A stretch of 64,000 nt of DNA from Vulcanimicrobiota bacterium (lineage in GTDB: Bacteria > Vulcanimicrobiota > Vulcanimicrobiia > Eremiobacterales > Eremiobacteraceae), in assembly GCA_963812135.1 (NCBI GenBank), contig CAWETU010000001.1, forward strand, positions 512,001 through 576,000. Reading direction: 5' to 3'. Made by a program: the position numbers and the translations under genes. A model generated the notes under the pieces. That model saw only the letters and a list, made by a program, of their open reading frames with translations. It had not been told where the DNA came from and did no database searches. This document shows, one piece after another, positions 61,144 to 64,000 of the stretch; the first letter of the stretch is position 1; the number at the start of each line of letters is the position of its first letter.

Positions 61144-62333
61144 CTCGCGCGCAGACGCTGAGCGCCTGTCGGGCAGCGTGTTGAGAGCGCGCATGCGCCG
61201 CATTGCGGCTCCGGATTGCAGGGTCCGAGCGCCGCGAACAACGCAAGCAGTCCTTCAACTGCATATGGATCGCGCAGCAACGCCTCGGCAACCGACCCGA
61301 CGAGCAGTTGGCCTGTCGCAGGAGTGGCCGTTGCGTCGATCAGACCGAGACGCTCGATCACGCGCCGAGACCCTGGGTTTCCAAACGCGGTGAAGAATCC
61401 CCAGCGCTTGAGGGTCTGACGCCCTGCGGTTTCATTAATGCGCGCGAAATCTGCCGCCAGAGCGGCGGTCAGCGCCGGCCAGCCTTCGGCCGGGGCATCG
61501 GCGGCGGCGATGCATGCGATGCGCGCAAGGTAACTGCCTTCGGATTTGGCGACATCGCTCCAGCGTTGCGCGTTTTCGATGCACCCGCGGATCTTCGATT
61601 CGTTGCGGATGATCGGCGAGCCGAGCAAACGTCGCACGTCCGCCTCTCCATACGACGCCACCGTCGCGGGAGTGAAGCCTTCGAACGCGGCGGCGAGCGC
61701 CGCGCGCTTGCGGATGACGATCGCGTGCCCGAGCCCCTGCGCGAAGATCACCTCGCATAACCGGGCGAATGCGCACGCATCGTCGGCGGGCGCGTCATGA
61801 TCGGCGACATACCGGCGCAAGCGCGCCGCGCACTCATCCGCCCCGAGTAACGCGTCCACGACCAGGTCGACGGCGCGCACGAGCGACGCTCCAGCGCGCG
61901 CGACTGCCTTTGCGCCCTTGCGGCGAGGCGCGCGACTCGGCGCCGCACTTGAGGGTTTGACTGGGGTTTGGTTCGACATGTCAGGGACCTCCACGAATGC
62001 CGCACGCATGCGCGCGATGAGCGCGCGCCACGTACCAATCCTCGACAACGGCACCGGCGCGACGCGCATCGCGGGGCACCAGCGAACGCACACGCCTTCG
62101 AGACCGCGCGCTGCGAGCGCGATAAAGCGGCGGGCGAATGCCCGCACGGCATCGGACCGCCGCGCGAGAATCAGAGCGCGCGCCCCGCACGGCACGACGC
62201 AGGCGTCAACTACCACGACGCCGGCAGCCGTGGCCGCCGGCGTGAGTGCGTTGCGCGCGGCCTGAGCGCGAGCGCCTGAGAGCGCGAAGCGCAACCGCTC
62301 GGTGTCGAGGACGATGAACCAGAGCCGATCCAC
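61140..62333 (-). CDS. Inactive IS200-TnpA-like domain fused to Tag-like DNA glycosylase with C-terminal Fe-S motif (alternative internal start 61979)
   Basis: Tag-like AFEGFTPATVASYGEADVRRLL..IIRNESKIRGCIENA; C-x5-C-x2-C-x5-C; N-terminal 118 aa align with Y1 transposase consensus. Tag part is high confidence, the fusion moderate. Confidence 0.7.
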   Translation of the reverse strand: MDRLWFIVLDTERLRFALSGARAQAARNALTPAATAAGVVVVDACVVPCGARALILARRSDAVRAFARRFIALAARGLEGVCVRWCPAMRVAPVPLSRIGTWRALIARMRAAFVEVPDMSNQTPVKPSSAAPSRAPRRKGAKAVARAGASLVRAVDLVVDALLGADECAARLRRYVADHDAPADDACAFARLCEVIFAQGLGHAIVIRKRAALAAAFEGFTPATVASYGEADVRRLLGSPIIRNESKIRGCIENAQRWSDVAKSEGSYLARIACIAAADAPAEGWPALTAALAADFARINETAGRQTLKRWGFFTAFGNPGSRRVIERLGLIDATATPATGQLLVGSVAEALLRDPYAVEGLLALFAALGPCNPEPQCGACALSTRCPTGAQRLRAS

Positions 62334-62418
62334 GCGCGCTTCCTTATCACGCGGGTCAGCTCAGCGGTCAAGCGGTCGGAAAACGCGAACGCAACGTCAG
62401 GATAAGAAAAACAACAAC

Positions 62419-63102
62419 ATGCGAGACGAAAAAGCGCAACGCGCCGGTAAGCCCGGTATCCCGCGCACTGCGATCACTCTGGCTGTTCTCGCCGCCATCG
62501 GCGTGGGCGTCGCGCTCGCCTGCGCTGCCGCATTTCTCGCCGCCAAAACCAAAGATGCACGCTTCACTGACATCGCTCACGTCCCGGCCGAACCCGTGGC
62601 GATCGTGTTCGGCGCCGGCGTCGAACGCGACGGCACGCCGTCAGGCATGCTCGCCGACCGGCTCGACGCAGCCGTCGCGCTGTACAAGAACGGGACCGTG
62701 CAGCGCTTGTTGCTCACCGGCGACCACAGCCGTACCGACTACGATGAGGTCGATTCGATGCGGCGTTACGTGCTCGCGCGTGGCGTCCCAAGCGCACACG
62801 TCGCGCTGGACTTCGCGGGTTTTCGCACGTATGATAGCTGCTATCGAGCGCGCGCGATCTTCGGTGTCACGCGCGCCGTGCTCGTCTCGCAGCGCTACCA
62901 TTTGCCGCGCGCGGTGTACACGTGCCGGCAGCTCGGCATCGCGAGCGTCGGTTTAGGAACGCCCGACTGGGGCGACTACTCGAATCAGATGATGGCGCAG
63001 TACACTGCGCGCGAGTGGATCGCGTCGGCGGTCGCGCTCTGGCAACTTCACGTCACCAAGCCGCCGCCGGCATTCCTCGGCAAGTTCGAAGGAATGCCCT
63101 AA
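62419..63102 (+). CDS. SanA/ElyC (DUF218) family protein
   Basis: TM; IVFGAG, MLADRL, LTGD, YDEV..M, DFAGFRTYDSCYRA, SQRYHLPRA. Confidence 0.9.
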   Translation: MRDEKAQRAGKPGIPRTAITLAVLAAIGVGVALACAAAFLAAKTKDARFTDIAHVPAEPVAIVFGAGVERDGTPSGMLADRLDAAVALYKNGTVQRLLLTGDHSRTDYDEVDSMRRYVLARGVPSAHVALDFAGFRTYDSCYRARAIFGVTRAVLVSQRYHLPRAVYTCRQLGIASVGLGTPDWGDYSNQMMAQYTAREWIASAVALWQLHVTKPPPAFLGKFEGMP

Positions 63103-63117
63103 CGGGGGCCTGTGGGG

Positions 63118-63561
63118 TTAGAAGACCTCGGTGCTGATGGCGCCCGCGCCAGTGAACATCTCCGTGAGCGCATCGACGTTATCCGTCGCTGGGTAACCGG
63201 CGACACAACGCCCTGCGTCGATCGCCATCTCGTAGTCCTCGGAGCGCTTGTCGGGCACACCCATATCGGCGAGCAACTCATCGACGTTGTCCTCGCCGAC
63301 GACCTGCGGCAGCTGTTGCCCGATCAGGCCAGGCACCTCGGTACCACCTGAACTCGTGATGATGCCGCGTTCCGAGTCGAGCAACCCCGCATCAGGCTCA
63401 CCGGTGAGATTGAACTGAACGCCGCTGGTGATCAACGAGCTATCGGGCGCTTCGTCGGCGATCACGACGAGCGCCTCCAGATCGAGGCCGGCAGCCTTGA
63501 CCGAATCCATCAGTTTCTTGATCCCGGCATAGTTCGGGAAAATACCAACGACGACCGGCAT
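63118..63561 (-). CDS. Hypothetical acidic protein, general-stress-protein-like
   Basis: VVVGIF...MGVPDKRSEDYE..IDAGR pattern; SD AAAGGA. Confidence 0.65.
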   Translation of the reverse strand: MPVVVGIFPNYAGIKKLMDSVKAAGLDLEALVVIADEAPDSSLITSGVQFNLTGEPDAGLLDSERGIITSSGGTEVPGLIGQQLPQVVGEDNVDELLADMGVPDKRSEDYEMAIDAGRCVAGYPATDNVDALTEMFTGAGAISTEVF

Positions 63562-63693
63562 GGGTCTGTCCTTTCTTTTTCAGGGAGCCCCTGGTTCGGA
63601 CTTGACGCCCGGCTCGCCCTCTATTTGCCATATCCACGTGGACCCAGCCGCGTTTTCAAGGCGAGCAGCGACTCGGCTGCGAACCCGGGCCAC

Positions 63694-64000
63694 GTGTCGG
63701 CGATCAAGCTCACCTACTACCTCGACGTCCTTTCATCGTGGTGCTTCGTGGTTGAGAGCGCCCTTGCGCAACTGCGGCAAGAACTAGGTCCACGATTGGA
63801 AGTCGACTGGCGCCTCGCGTATCTCTTCGGCGGGGGCCCGATGGGCTATGGACCCGAGATGAACGCGTGGTATTACGGCCGCACAGGGTCGATAACCGGC
63901 GTCAAGCTCAATCCCACCTGGAAAGAATCTGCCGGCGAGACGACGTGGTTCGCAAATCTCGCGACCCAAGCGACGCGTGAACTCGGCGTCACCGACGACC
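63694..64000 (+). CDS. DsbA/FrnE family thioredoxin-fold protein, 3' truncated
   Basis: Read by hand: MSAIKLTYYLDVLSSWCFVVE...VDWR; frame open to the window end. Confidence 0.8.
   Translation, partial: MSAIKLTYYLDVLSSWCFVVESALAQLRQELGPRLEVDWRLAYLFGGGPMGYGPEMNAWYYGRTGSITGVKLNPTWKESAGETTWFANLATQATRELGVTDD

Noticed and set aside
61980..62333. Active IS200/IS605 element
   Set aside because: HUH and catalytic Tyr absent; no tnpB or clear end hairpins; reported instead as a possible domesticated domain

Overview
High-GC bacterial chromosomal window of about 68 mostly housekeeping genes. I found no rRNA, tRNA, CRISPR array, prophage or intact transposon. The mix of TonB, opcA, a tal-pgi fusion and Firmicute-like leaders suggests a diderm Terrabacteria lineage such as Eremiobacterota; this is inference only. 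Main blocks: CHAD/NUDIX polyphosphate genes; hsp20-lon; a selD-led pentose-phosphate operon (tkt, tal-pgi, gnd, zwf, opcA, pgl); infC-rpmI-rplT-trmH-pheST-cvpA; an isobutyryl-CoA-mutase-like pair with gltX-glmU-diguanylate cyclase; a liv-type ABC transporter with iclR; dprA-rlmH-argS; and nrdR-dut-panE. Most notable observations: (1) a full-length, catalytically dead IS200/IS605 TnpA (Y1)-like domain in frame with a divergent Tag-like glycosylase carrying an Fe-S motif, in a window that also has GTAG-type REP hairpins; (2) a complete unannotated promoter/leader-peptide/antiterminator/terminator attenuator ahead of two paralogous Arg-rich microproteins and DUF1203; (3) a 32-aa YqzL-like ORF with its own promoter and terminator directly upstream of pheS; (4) an infC leader with an L20-type attenuator and two overlapping mini-ORFs leading to an ATT start. 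All family calls come from motif recognition by eye, not from database searches.
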